This document shows, piece after piece, positions 10,152-20,195 of a DNA stretch of 64,000 bases. This stretch comes from a bacterium (lineage in GTDB: Bacteria > Patescibacteriota > Minisyncoccia > Minisyncoccales > CG1-02-41-26). The first letter of the stretch is position 1. Each line of letters starts with the position of its first letter. The translations under genes and the position numbers were made by a program. The notes beneath the pieces are model-generated. The model saw only the letters and a program-made list of their open reading frames with translations. It did no database searches and was not told the DNA's origin. The stretch lies in the NCBI GenBank assembly GCA_030619905.1, contig JAUXAO010000003.1, positions 54,119-118,118 of the forward strand, in the 5' to 3' direction.

Positions 10152-11240
10152 ATGAAAAAAGCACTTATAACTGGAATTACAGGACAGGATGGCTCATATT
10201 TAGCAGAGTTTTTGTTAAATAAAGGCTATGAAGTTCACGGAATTAAAAGACGAGCTTCTTCTTTTAACACAGAAAGGATTGACCATCTTTATCAGGATCC
10301 TCATAAAAAAGAGAGGAGGTTTGTTCTTCATTACGGCGATATGACTGATGCGACCAATTTAATGAGAATTGTTCAGAAAATCTGGCCAGACGAGATTTAT
10401 AATTTAGCTGCTATGTCCCATGTTAGAGTTTCTTATGAAATGCCGGAATATACGGCAGATGCAGATGGCTTGGGTTGTTTAAGATTATTGGAAGCAGTTA
10501 GGACCCTTGGCTTGGAGAAAAAAACAAAATTTTATCAGGCATCAACCAGTGAACTATTCTCTGGAAAACCCGGAGAGGCGCCCCAAAATGAAAATACTCC
10601 TTTTTATCCAAGAAGTCCTTATGGAGTAGCTAAACTATATGCCTATTGGATTACTGTTAATTATAGAGAGGCATATAATATCTTTGCCTGTAATGGCATT
10701 TTATTTAATCACGAGAGTCCGCGGCGGGGTGAAACCTTTGTGACCAGAAAAATTACCAGAGCAGCATCAAGAATTGAATTAGGTTTGCAGGACAAATTGT
10801 ATTTAGGAAATTTAAATGCCAAAAGGGATTGGGGACACAGTAAAGATAGTGTTGAAGCAATGTGGTTAATGTTACAACAGCCAGAACCAGATGATTATGT
10901 GATTGCCACAGGTAAACAACATTCAGTTAGAGAGTTTTGTCAACTCGCCTTTAAAGAACTGGGAATTGATTTAGAATGGCAGGGAGAAGGATTAAATGAA
11001 AAGGGGATAGACAAAAAAACAGGCAAAGTAATAGTAGAGGTTGATCCAAGATATTTTAGGCCAGCTGAAGTGGAGTCACTATTAGGCGATTCAACTAAAG
11101 CCAGGGAGAAACTCGGCTGGAGACCAAAAACAAGTTTTGAAGAGTTGATTAAAGAAATGGTTCAATCTGATTTAGAAGAAGCGAAGAAAGAACTTCATTT
11201 GAAAAACGGCGGTTTCGAAGTGAAAAACTATTTCGACTAA
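10152..11240 (+). CDS. gmd: GDP-mannose 4,6-dehydratase
   Basis: [44 protein letters not shown] and [17 protein letters not shown] are near-invariant Gmd motifs. Confidence 0.95.
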   Translation: MKKALITGITGQDGSYLAEFLLNKGYEVHGIKRRASSFNTERIDHLYQDPHKKERRFVLHYGDMTDATNLMRIVQKIWPDEIYNLAAMSHVRVSYEMPEYTADADGLGCLRLLEAVRTLGLEKKTKFYQASTSELFSGKPGEAPQNENTPFYPRSPYGVAKLYAYWITVNYREAYNIFACNGILFNHESPRRGETFVTRKITRAASRIELGLQDKLYLGNLNAKRDWGHSKDSVEAMWLMLQQPEPDDYVIATGKQHSVREFCQLAFKELGIDLEWQGEGLNEKGIDKKTGKVIVEVDPRYFRPAEVESLLGDSTKAREKLGWRPKTSFEELIKEMVQSDLEEAKKELHLKNGGFEVKNYFD

Positions 11241-11242
11241 AT

Positions 11243-11443
11243 ATGATTGATTTAATTAAAAAGAAAATTTTAGTTACAGGAGCTCAGGGTTTTTTAGGGA
11301 GATATTTAGTAAAAAATTTGTTAGAGAAAAGACAAGTTTCCAGAGAAAATTTATTCTTGCCAACGTTTGAAGAATTGGATTTAAGAAAGGGGGGGGCATT
11401 GCCAAAAAAGAATTTGGCTTTGAAGCAAAAACAGATTTTATAG
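11243..11443 (+). pseudogene. Internally deleted remnant of GDP-L-fucose synthase (fcl)
   Basis: The first ~48 codons parallel the intact fcl at 12387, including a ~55-nt exact repeat (11334-11388 = 12478-12532). A G8 tract follows, then ~40 nt matching the fcl 3' end (11401-11440 vs 13240-13279) out of frame. Confidence 0.8.
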
Positions 11444-11467
11444 TTTTAGTTCGGAAAATTTTTAATT

Positions 11468-12268
11468 ATGAAGCATACCACGAAACACACATTGAAGCTT
11501 ATATTAATTAAATGCAGATTATTGTCATTCGTTCAACCAATCTATGAGGCATTGATTTCTCTTTTGCCAAATATTTGTCATCAACGGGAGAAAGAATATA
11601 GAGAGCGGCAGGAAAAAATGCTTAAGTTTTACTCTCAATTCATTAAAAAAGGCGATGCCGTTTTTGACATAGGAGCTCATCGGGGAAATAGAACTGAAAT
11701 ATTTCTCAGACTTGGAGCAAGGGTAGTTGCGGTGGAGCCACAGAAAAGATGCATTAAATATTTACAATCGAAATTTGGGAAAGAACCAAATTTTATATTG
11801 GTGAAAAAAGGTTTATCAGACAAGGAGGGAAAATTAACTATATTTGTTTGCGGAGAAGCTGATACCATTTCTACTTTTTCAGAAAAGTGGAAAACTGGCA
11901 GATTTTCTAATTACAAATGGAATAAGCAAGAAATTGTTCCTGTTACTACCTTGGATAATTTGATAAAAGAATTTGGAATACCATCTTTTTGTAAAATTGA
12001 TGTAGAGGGTTATGAATTAAAAGTTTTAAAAGGTCTTTCAAAGCCAATTCCTTATTTGAGCTTTGAGTTTACTAAAGAATTTTTTGAAGACGCAAAAGCC
12101 TGTTTAGATCATCTCATCTCTTTAGGTTATTGGCAATTTAATTTTTCTTTAAGTGGAAGCATGGAATTTTTCTTCCCTCGGTGGGAAAGTTCAAAAGAGA
12201 TTATTCAAAAAACCTCCTTAATTAAAGATAAACTTTTGTGGGGCGATATTTATGCTAAATTTTTTTAA
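11468..12268 (+). CDS. FkbM-family SAM-dependent methyltransferase
   Basis: VFDIGAHRGNRTEIFLRLGARVVAVEPQ and CKIDVEGYELKVLKGL are FkbM hallmarks. Confidence 0.85.
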   Translation: MKHTTKHTLKLILIKCRLLSFVQPIYEALISLLPNICHQREKEYRERQEKMLKFYSQFIKKGDAVFDIGAHRGNRTEIFLRLGARVVAVEPQKRCIKYLQSKFGKEPNFILVKKGLSDKEGKLTIFVCGEADTISTFSEKWKTGRFSNYKWNKQEIVPVTTLDNLIKEFGIPSFCKIDVEGYELKVLKGLSKPIPYLSFEFTKEFFEDAKACLDHLISLGYWQFNFSLSGSMEFFFPRWESSKEIIQKTSLIKDKLLWGDIYAKFF

Positions 12269-12383
12269 AAAAAATTTAGAAATAATTTATCAGTGGTTAA
12301 AACCAAAGATGAAATTTAAAGATTTAATTAAAATAATAGTTGATGCTGATTTAAAAGTTTGGGGAGTAAAAAAGTAAATTTAG

Positions 12384-13322
<939 letters not shown>

Positions 13323-13346
13323 AATATTTAATAAAAAAATAAAAAT

Positions 13347-14135
13347 ATGGAAACAAAAAATATTCCAGTCATTATGTTGTGTGGTGGCAAGGGAATGCGT
13401 TTGCTTGAAGAAACTGAATTTAAGCCAAAGCCGATGGTAGAAATAGGAGGAAAACCCATTTTGTGGCATATTATGAAAATATATGCTCATTACGGATATC
13501 GCGATTTTGTTCTTGCTCTCGGATATAAAGGCGATTATATAAAGGATTATTTCCTAAAGCAAAAATATTATGAGTCAGATTTTTGCTTGAATACAAAAGA
13601 TGGAGAAATTTCGAATGTTATTCCAAATAATAGTTTTGAAAAAGATGAATTTAATATAATTTTTACAGATACTGGTTTAGAAACGCCTCATGGTGAAAGA
13701 GTTTTAAAACTTAAAAAATATATTCCAGGGGATTTATTTATGGTAACCTATGGAGACGGTGTTGCGGATATTGATATTGATAAATTGATAGAATTTCATA
13801 AAAGCAAGGATGTGATAGCAACAATAACCGGTGTTCATCCTATTTCTCGTTGGGGTTTGGTAAACACTGATGAGAATAACATTATTACTCAATTTTCTCA
13901 AAAACCAATGCTTTATGATTATGTAAATGGAGGATTTATGGTGTTTAAAAAGGAATTTTTAGACATTCTAAAAGAAGGAGATATGATCGAAGATGCCCTT
14001 TCCAGATTACTTCCCCAAAAACAAGTAGCCTTATATAAACATGAAGGTTTTTGGTATGGAATGGATACTTATAAAGATTTTGTCTTCTTAAACAATCTTT
14101 GGGATGAAGATCCTAAATGGAAAGTTTGGGAATAA
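13347..14135 (+). CDS. rfbF: Glucose-1-phosphate cytidylyltransferase
   Basis: KPKPMVEIGGKPILWHIMKIYAHYG, VNGGFMVF and GFWYGMDTYKD match RfbF/DdhA closely. Confidence 0.9.
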   Translation: METKNIPVIMLCGGKGMRLLEETEFKPKPMVEIGGKPILWHIMKIYAHYGYRDFVLALGYKGDYIKDYFLKQKYYESDFCLNTKDGEISNVIPNNSFEKDEFNIIFTDTGLETPHGERVLKLKKYIPGDLFMVTYGDGVADIDIDKLIEFHKSKDVIATITGVHPISRWGLVNTDENNIITQFSQKPMLYDYVNGGFMVFKKEFLDILKEGDMIEDALSRLLPQKQVALYKHEGFWYGMDTYKDFVFLNNLWDEDPKWKVWE

Positions 14136-14138
14136 AAT

Positions 14139-15089
14139 ATGGAAAACTTTAAATCAATGAATATTTTAGTAACCGGAGGAGCTGGATTTATTGGTTCTTG
14201 TCTTGTAAATAAATTAGTGGAGCAAGGTCATAATGTTGTAGTGATTGATAATCTATCTAGTGGCAGAAAAGAAAATCTTAACCCCAAAGCCAAATTTTAT
14301 GAGATGGATGTTCGTGATTCTAAAATTTATCAGATTTTTCAAGATGAAAATCCAGAAACAGTTTTTCATTTAGCTGCCCAGCCAATTGTAGAAATCGCTT
14401 ATAAAAATCCCTTAGAAACAATGGAAACAAATATCATGGGCACAGCTAATATTCTTGAAGCATGCAGGTTGAAGGGGGATATAAAATCAATTGTAGTAAC
14501 TTCGTCTGACAAAGCTTATGGCAAAGCAGAAAAATTACCATATACTGAAACAGTTCCGTTAAAGGGGGATCATCCTTATGAGGTTTCTAAATCTTCTGCT
14601 GATTTGATTGCCAGGGCATATTTTAAAACTTATGGATTGCCAGTAACAATTACTCGTTTTGGTAATGTATTTGGCCCGGGTGATATTAATTTTGATCGGA
14701 TTATTCCCGGTATTTTTAAATCAATTCTCACAGATGCTGAATTTTTAGTTAGAAGTGATGGTAAAATGATTAGAGAATATATTTATGTGGATGACATAAC
14801 AAATGGATGTATAAAATTAGCACAAAACATAGAAAAAATTAAAGGAGAGGCTTTTAATTTTGGCAGCAAAAATATTTTTAGCGTAATGCAGGTGATTGAA
14901 AAGATAAAAGATATATTAAAAGTAAAAATAAATTATCAGATATTAAATACTGCTAAAAATGAAATACCAGAACAATATCTTGATTGGACTAAAATAAATA
15001 AAACATTAGGCTGGCAACCAGAAATGAGCTTTGAAGAAGGAATAAAAAAATCTTTTGACTGGTATAAAAACTTTTATTCTACTAAATAA
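14139..15089 (+). CDS. NDP-hexose 4,6-dehydratase-type SDR, likely the CDP-glucose 4,6-dehydratase role (RfbG/DdhB-like core)
   Basis: AAQPIVEIAY, TNIMGTANILE, SSDKAYG and PYEVSKSSADL resemble RfbG blocks. The N-terminal ~75 aa are nearly the same as the SDR at 7737. Confidence 0.6.
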   Translation: MENFKSMNILVTGGAGFIGSCLVNKLVEQGHNVVVIDNLSSGRKENLNPKAKFYEMDVRDSKIYQIFQDENPETVFHLAAQPIVEIAYKNPLETMETNIMGTANILEACRLKGDIKSIVVTSSDKAYGKAEKLPYTETVPLKGDHPYEVSKSSADLIARAYFKTYGLPVTITRFGNVFGPGDINFDRIIPGIFKSILTDAEFLVRSDGKMIREYIYVDDITNGCIKLAQNIEKIKGEAFNFGSKNIFSVMQVIEKIKDILKVKINYQILNTAKNEIPEQYLDWTKINKTLGWQPEMSFEEGIKKSFDWYKNFYSTK

Positions 15090-15092
15090 AAT

Positions 15093-16031
15093 ATGAAAAA
15101 GGTTTTAATTACAGGCGGAGCAGGATTTATTGCGTCTAATTTTGTCCGGAAATTTCTAAAGTTAGGTTATAAAATTTATATAATTGAAAAAAAAGGATCA
15201 AATTTTTGGCAACTTGAAGATATAAAAAATAAAATTAAGATTAATTATATTGATCTTAAAAATTTTCCTAAATTAGAATCTTTCATTATTAAAACTAAAC
15301 CTCAAATTATATTGCATTTTGCTGCCTATGGCACTTATCCTCGAAAACAACAAGATGTAAAAATGATGATAGATACTAATTTACTTGGGACAATAAATTT
15401 AGTAAATGCTTTGAGAAAAATAAGATTTGAATGCTTTATCAATACTGGTAGTTCTTCTGAATATGGAATAAAAAATAAACCAATGAGAGAAGCTGATTTG
15501 TTAAAACCAAATAATCTTTACGGCGTGACAAAAGCAGCGGCTACTATGTATTGTCAGTATATGGCGAAACAATATGATTTACCGATTGTATCTTCTCGAT
15601 TATTTGCTGTTTATGGTTATTTCGAGAATAGAGAGCGACTCGTTCCAACGATAATAAGCTCGTGTTTAAAAAATGAAAAACTGAAATTATCTTCACCGAG
15701 CTCAGTAAGAGATTTTATATTTATTGAGGACATAATAAATGCCTATTTGAAGATAATAGAAAATATTCAAAGAATTAAGGGAGAAGTTCTTAATCTTGGC
15801 ACAGGAAAACAAATTGATATTGCCCAGGTTGTAAGTTTGATTAAAAAAATTACTAATTCAAGAATAAAACCAGAATACAATCAAATAAAACCAGCCCAAA
15901 CAGAACCAAAAAATTGGGGAGCTGATATTTCAAAAATTAAAAGGTTATTAAATTGGCAACCGCAATACAGCTTGGAAGAAGGACTTAAAAAAGACATAAG
16001 GTGGTTTAGGAAAAACATCTCTGTGTATTAA
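15093..16031 (+). CDS. NAD(P)-dependent NDP-sugar reductase/epimerase (extended SDR)
   Basis: VLITGGAGFIASNF, SSSEYG, YGVTKAAA (YxxxK). Sits between the dehydratase and the ThDP enzyme. Confidence 0.65.
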   Translation: MKKVLITGGAGFIASNFVRKFLKLGYKIYIIEKKGSNFWQLEDIKNKIKINYIDLKNFPKLESFIIKTKPQIILHFAAYGTYPRKQQDVKMMIDTNLLGTINLVNALRKIRFECFINTGSSSEYGIKNKPMREADLLKPNNLYGVTKAAATMYCQYMAKQYDLPIVSSRLFAVYGYFENRERLVPTIISSCLKNEKLKLSSPSSVRDFIFIEDIINAYLKIIENIQRIKGEVLNLGTGKQIDIAQVVSLIKKITNSRIKPEYNQIKPAQTEPKNWGADISKIKRLLNWQPQYSLEEGLKKDIRWFRKNISVY

Positions 16032-16042
16032 AATTTAAAATT

Positions 16043-17806
16043 ATGAAATTGTCAAACTATATTATTGATTTTCTTGTAGCTAATAAAATAACACACATTT
16101 TTGAAGTTTGTGGGGGGGCTTTAGCTCATTTACTTGATTCTCTCTATAGAAGGAAAGATATTTTTACTGTATCTATGCATCATGAGATGGCTGCTGCGAT
16201 TGCTGCTGAGGGTTATGCGCGAGCTAGCGGAAATATAGGTGTAGCTATGGCAACAAGTGGACCAGGAGCAACGGGTTTGATAACCGGTATTGGGAGTTGT
16301 TTTTTTGATTCAATTCCGTGTCTTTTTATCACTGGTCAAGTAAATACTTATGAATTCAAGTTTGATAAACCTGTTAGACAAATTGGCTTTCAGGAAACAG
16401 ATATTGTAAATATAGTAAAACCTATTACTAAAGAGGCTGTAATTATTAAAGATGCTAATAGAATAAAATACCATCTTGAAAGACTGTTATATATGACAAA
16501 ATCTGGTCGTCCTGGTCCGGTACTGTTAGACACCCCATTAAATATTCAACGTGCAAATATTAATTCGGATAAGCTACAATCTTTTAAAAAGAATGATGCT
16601 GAGACTACTAAGAAAATAGATAGCAAGGTAATGGAAAAGGTAGTAACCCTGATAAGAACTTCTTCACGACCAGTTGTTTTGGCTGGTGGGGGTCTTAGAT
16701 TATCAGGTGCACAAGATGAACTTTTTAAATTTATAGAAAAGACCGAGATACCGGTTGTGACCTCTCTGATGGGATTAGACGTTTTTCCGCATGATAACTC
16801 ATCTTTCGTTGGAATGTTAGGTAGTTATGGAAATCGTTATGCCAATTTAACTGTTGCAAATGCTGATTTGCTTTTAGTTTTGGGGTCAAGGTTAGATACA
16901 AGACAAACTGGGACAAGGCCAGAGACTTTTGCGAGGGGAGCGAAGATTATCCATGTAGACATTGATTCTTATGAGTTAAATAACAAGATTAGAGCAGATA
17001 TTGCTATTAACTCGGATCTTAAATACTTTTTGGTTGGATTAAATAAAAACATTCGTAATTATGATAAGGATAAAATAGAATCTTGGAAGCGAATAATAAA
17101 AGGTTATAAAAATCAGTACCCATCTTATAAAGAATCCGCTGGCGATGAGATAGAACCTAATTTTTTTATAAATAAACTATCTAAGGTTATTCCAGAAAAC
17201 GCTGTAATATGTACAGATGTTGGCCAGATTCAAATGTGGGCTGCTCAATCTCTAGAGATAAAAAAATCTCAAAGGTTTTTAACTCAAGGGGGAATGGGGG
17301 CAATGGGTTCAGCTTTGCCTATGGCAATTGGTGCCTCTTTCGCTAAACCTGGCAAAATCATTGTTGTTATAACCGGTGATGGTGGTTTTCAATTGAATAT
17401 TCAAGAACTTCAAACAGTTTTTTATCATAAATTACCTATAAAAATAATACTTCTAAATAACAAATGTTATGGTATGGTAAGACAGTTTCAAGAACAATAT
17501 TTTGGTAGTAGATTTCAATCGACGGTTATTGGATATAGTGCGCCAGATTTTCAGAAAGTGGTATCTGCTTATGGGATACCGTCAATAAAAATTTCTACTA
17601 ATAGTGAAATAAAAAATGCTTTGCATAAACTTTTTAACGATAGAAAAACAAAATTCCTTGAAATTAGTATAGATTTAAAAACTCCGGTTTATCCAAAACT
17701 ATCTGTAAATAAGCCGATAGAGGATCAGGACCCACTGTTACCGCGAGATAAACTCAGATCAAATATGATTATTAAACCTTTAAAAGAAAATAAAAATGAA
17801 AAGTAA
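16043..17806 (+). CDS. Thiamine-diphosphate enzyme of the acetolactate-synthase large-subunit family; by context a YerE-like sugar branching enzyme
   Basis: 587 aa. ThDP motif GDGGFQLNIQELQT...NN, and N-terminal ATSGPGATGLITGIGSCFFDSIP. No ilvN/ilvC neighbours; embedded between CDP-sugar genes. Confidence 0.7.
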   Translation: MKLSNYIIDFLVANKITHIFEVCGGALAHLLDSLYRRKDIFTVSMHHEMAAAIAAEGYARASGNIGVAMATSGPGATGLITGIGSCFFDSIPCLFITGQVNTYEFKFDKPVRQIGFQETDIVNIVKPITKEAVIIKDANRIKYHLERLLYMTKSGRPGPVLLDTPLNIQRANINSDKLQSFKKNDAETTKKIDSKVMEKVVTLIRTSSRPVVLAGGGLRLSGAQDELFKFIEKTEIPVVTSLMGLDVFPHDNSSFVGMLGSYGNRYANLTVANADLLLVLGSRLDTRQTGTRPETFARGAKIIHVDIDSYELNNKIRADIAINSDLKYFLVGLNKNIRNYDKDKIESWKRIIKGYKNQYPSYKESAGDEIEPNFFINKLSKVIPENAVICTDVGQIQMWAAQSLEIKKSQRFLTQGGMGAMGSALPMAIGASFAKPGKIIVVITGDGGFQLNIQELQTVFYHKLPIKIILLNNKCYGMVRQFQEQYFGSRFQSTVIGYSAPDFQKVVSAYGIPSIKISTNSEIKNALHKLFNDRKTKFLEISIDLKTPVYPKLSVNKPIEDQDPLLPRDKLRSNMIIKPLKENKNEK

Positions 17807-17829
17807 AAAACAATTAAGAAAAGAAATTT

Positions 17830-19113
17830 TTGAGAGGGTTAAAAAAAATCTATAGATTAAAAAAAGAAAAAGAGAAATTTATTCTTGGTAAAACTAGAAT
17901 CAATTATGCAGGTCGGGTTTATGACGAAAAAGAAATGATAAATTTGGTTGATGCCTCTTTAGATTTTTGGTTAACTGCTGGAAGATATACGAAAGAATTT
18001 GAAAAGAAGTTTGCAGAACTTTTAGGTACAAAGTATTGCTTATTAGCAAATTCCGGTTCTTCAGCCAATCTTCTGGCTATTTCGGCTTTAACTTCTTCAA
18101 AATTAGGAAAACGGAGATTAAAACCCGGTGATGAGGTTATTACTACTGCTTGTGGATTTCCAACTACTTTAAATCCTATTTTACAGAATAATTTAATCCC
18201 TGTTTTCATAGATATTGATTTGGGTACTTACAATATCCAAGTAGATAAAATTGAAAAAGCAATTTCTAAAAAAACCAAAGCAATTTTTATCACTCACACT
18301 TTAGGTAATCCTGTAAACCTTGATAAAATCCTAAAAATAGTGAAGAAATATAATCTTTGGTTTATTGAAGACAGCTGTGATGCTTTAAGTTCAAAATACA
18401 AAGGAAAATATACTGGAACTTTTGGCCATATTGGAACTTTTAGTTTTTACCCGGCGCATCAAATAACAATGGGAGAAGGGGGAGCTGCAGTTACAAACAA
18501 TTTATTATTGAAAAAAATAATTGCTTCTTTCCGTGATTGGGGAAGAGATTGTTGGTGTGAACCAGGTCATGATAATACCTGCGGTAAAAGATTTAGTCAA
18601 CAGTTTGGGAAATTGCCATTTAGTTACGACCATAAATATGTTTATTCCCATATTGGCTATAATTTAAAGATTACCGACCTTCAAGCAGCAGTAGGGGTAG
18701 CTCAACTTAAAAAATTGCCTTCTTTTATCGAAACTAGAAGAAAAAATTTTGATTATCTTTATAAATTTTTCAAACAATGCGAAAAATACTTTTTCCTTCC
18801 TCAATCAGAAAAATATTCTCAACCTTGTTGGTTTGGTTTTCCTCTTTTAGTAAAAAAAGAAACTCCATTTACCAGGACTGAAATTGTGAATTATTTAGAA
18901 GCAAATGAAATTGCCACCAGAATGCTTTTTGGCGGAAATCTAACCAAACAACCAGCTTATCAAAATACAAAATATAGAATTTTCGGCACATTAGAAAATA
19001 CAGATTTAGTAATGAATAACCTTTTTTGGATAGGTGTCGGTCCCTTGATTAGTAAAGAGATGATTGAATATGTATCTGATACTTTCTTAAAGTTTTTTAA
19101 AAAATATGAATAA
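17830..19113 (+). CDS. rfbH: CDP-6-deoxy-4-hexulose 3-dehydrase (E1; RfbH/DdhC), PMP and [2Fe-2S] type. The 5' end is probably at 17796 with a frameshift in an A8 tract.
   Basis: Exact C-X57-C-X1-C-X7-C spacing (Cys183, 241, 243, 251; nt 18376-18582). FYPAHQITMGEGG has His in place of the aminotransferase Lys. GFPTT and SGSSANL blocks are present. Confidence 0.85.
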   Translation: MRGLKKIYRLKKEKEKFILGKTRINYAGRVYDEKEMINLVDASLDFWLTAGRYTKEFEKKFAELLGTKYCLLANSGSSANLLAISALTSSKLGKRRLKPGDEVITTACGFPTTLNPILQNNLIPVFIDIDLGTYNIQVDKIEKAISKKTKAIFITHTLGNPVNLDKILKIVKKYNLWFIEDSCDALSSKYKGKYTGTFGHIGTFSFYPAHQITMGEGGAAVTNNLLLKKIIASFRDWGRDCWCEPGHDNTCGKRFSQQFGKLPFSYDHKYVYSHIGYNLKITDLQAAVGVAQLKKLPSFIETRRKNFDYLYKFFKQCEKYFFLPQSEKYSQPCWFGFPLLVKKETPFTRTEIVNYLEANEIATRMLFGGNLTKQPAYQNTKYRIFGTLENTDLVMNNLFWIGVGPLISKEMIEYVSDTFLKFFKKYE

Positions 19114-19744
19114 TCTAATAAAAATAAAGAATTTTATAATTAAAGTACCGTTTTTATTTAATATACTGGTATATTTTGTCAGAATTAGAACTACTGGTAC
19201 TATTTTTGTTAAGTTGTTAACTCAGGAGGAAAAAGTAAAATTGTTGCTGGATTATGCAAAAAAGTTTGATTGTAAAATTTTTGTAGAAACTGGCACATAC
19301 AGAGGAGATACAATTTATAGTTGTAAAGATTTTTTTGACGAGTTGTTTTCAATTGAATTAAGTCACAAGTTGTTTGTAGATTGTAAAAATAGATTTCTAA
19401 ATTATAATAAAGTTCATGTTTTTGAAGGTAATAGTAGTATAATATTTCCTAAAATTGTTAAAGAAAAAAGTCAGTCAATACTTTTTTGGTTGGATGCCCA
19501 CTATTCTGGTGGTGAGACGGCACGGGGTGAACAGGATTCACCTATAATTAAAGAGTTAAATTTTATATTAAAAAATGTGCCTAAATTTTGTATTTTAATT
19601 GATGATGCTAGATGTTTTAATGGTAAAAATGGATATCCTACAATAGGCTTTTTGAAAAAGATGATAAATAATAATCAAAATAGTAAAAATTATATTTTGG
19701 AGTTGCAAGTAAAAAATGATATTATAAGAATTACTTGTACATAA
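19106..19744 (+). CDS. Putative methyltransferase-fold protein (uncertain)
   Basis: Gly-rich loop IFVETGTYRGDT, then FWLDAHYSGGE and ILIDDARCF. Resembles small SAM-MTase-like proteins of glycan loci, but no firm family call. Confidence 0.4.
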   Translation: MNNLIKIKNFIIKVPFLFNILVYFVRIRTTGTIFVKLLTQEEKVKLLLDYAKKFDCKIFVETGTYRGDTIYSCKDFFDELFSIELSHKLFVDCKNRFLNYNKVHVFEGNSSIIFPKIVKEKSQSILFWLDAHYSGGETARGEQDSPIIKELNFILKNVPKFCILIDDARCFNGKNGYPTIGFLKKMINNNQNSKNYILELQVKNDIIRITCT

Positions 19745-19785
19745 TATTTTTTACTTTCCTAATTTAGAAAGTATCAAAATATAGT

Positions 19786-20156
19786 ATGTTTAATTTAAAA
19801 GATTTTATTATAAATAATTTTTATCTTTATAAATTTTATATTAAGTCAAAATTATTTCTAGAATCAAAAAAATTATTTCTAAAAAGAAAATAGCTCAATA
19901 TATCAGAAAGAATTCTGTAATTATTGAAATCATCGGCGCCCATGTCGGCAGTGACATGGTAGAAAGGGCTGTATTATGGCCAAAAGGCCAAATCTATGCT
20001 TTTGAACCGATTCGAAATATTTTTGATAGATTGTGCTTTAAAACAAAAAAATTCAAAAATATTGAAATAATTCAAGCGGCGGTTACGGATAAAAACGACA
20101 AAGGAACGGAGGAAATTTTTTATAATAATGCTGTTAAATTATTTCTAATAGTATAA
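19786..20156 (+). pseudogene. Frameshifted and 3'-truncated FkbM-type methyltransferase remnant
   Basis: The frame with EIIGAHVGSDMVERAVLWPKGQIYAFEPIRNIFDRL...IIQAAVTDKNDKG matches the FkbM N-terminal half. It has no in-frame ATG (a possible start at 19786 is in another frame) and no DVEG C-terminal half. Confidence 0.6.
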
Positions 20157-20195
20157 AAACCAGAATAATTTAATTAATTTAGTAATATCAATCTT

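Noticed and set aside
12252-12377. 41-aa ORF (MLNFFKKNLEIIYQWLKPKMKFKDLIKIIVDADLKVWGVKK) between the FkbM gene and fcl
   Set aside because: It overlaps the FkbM stop in another frame and has an AT-driven composition with no motif. It is probably junction debris from the cassette insertion.
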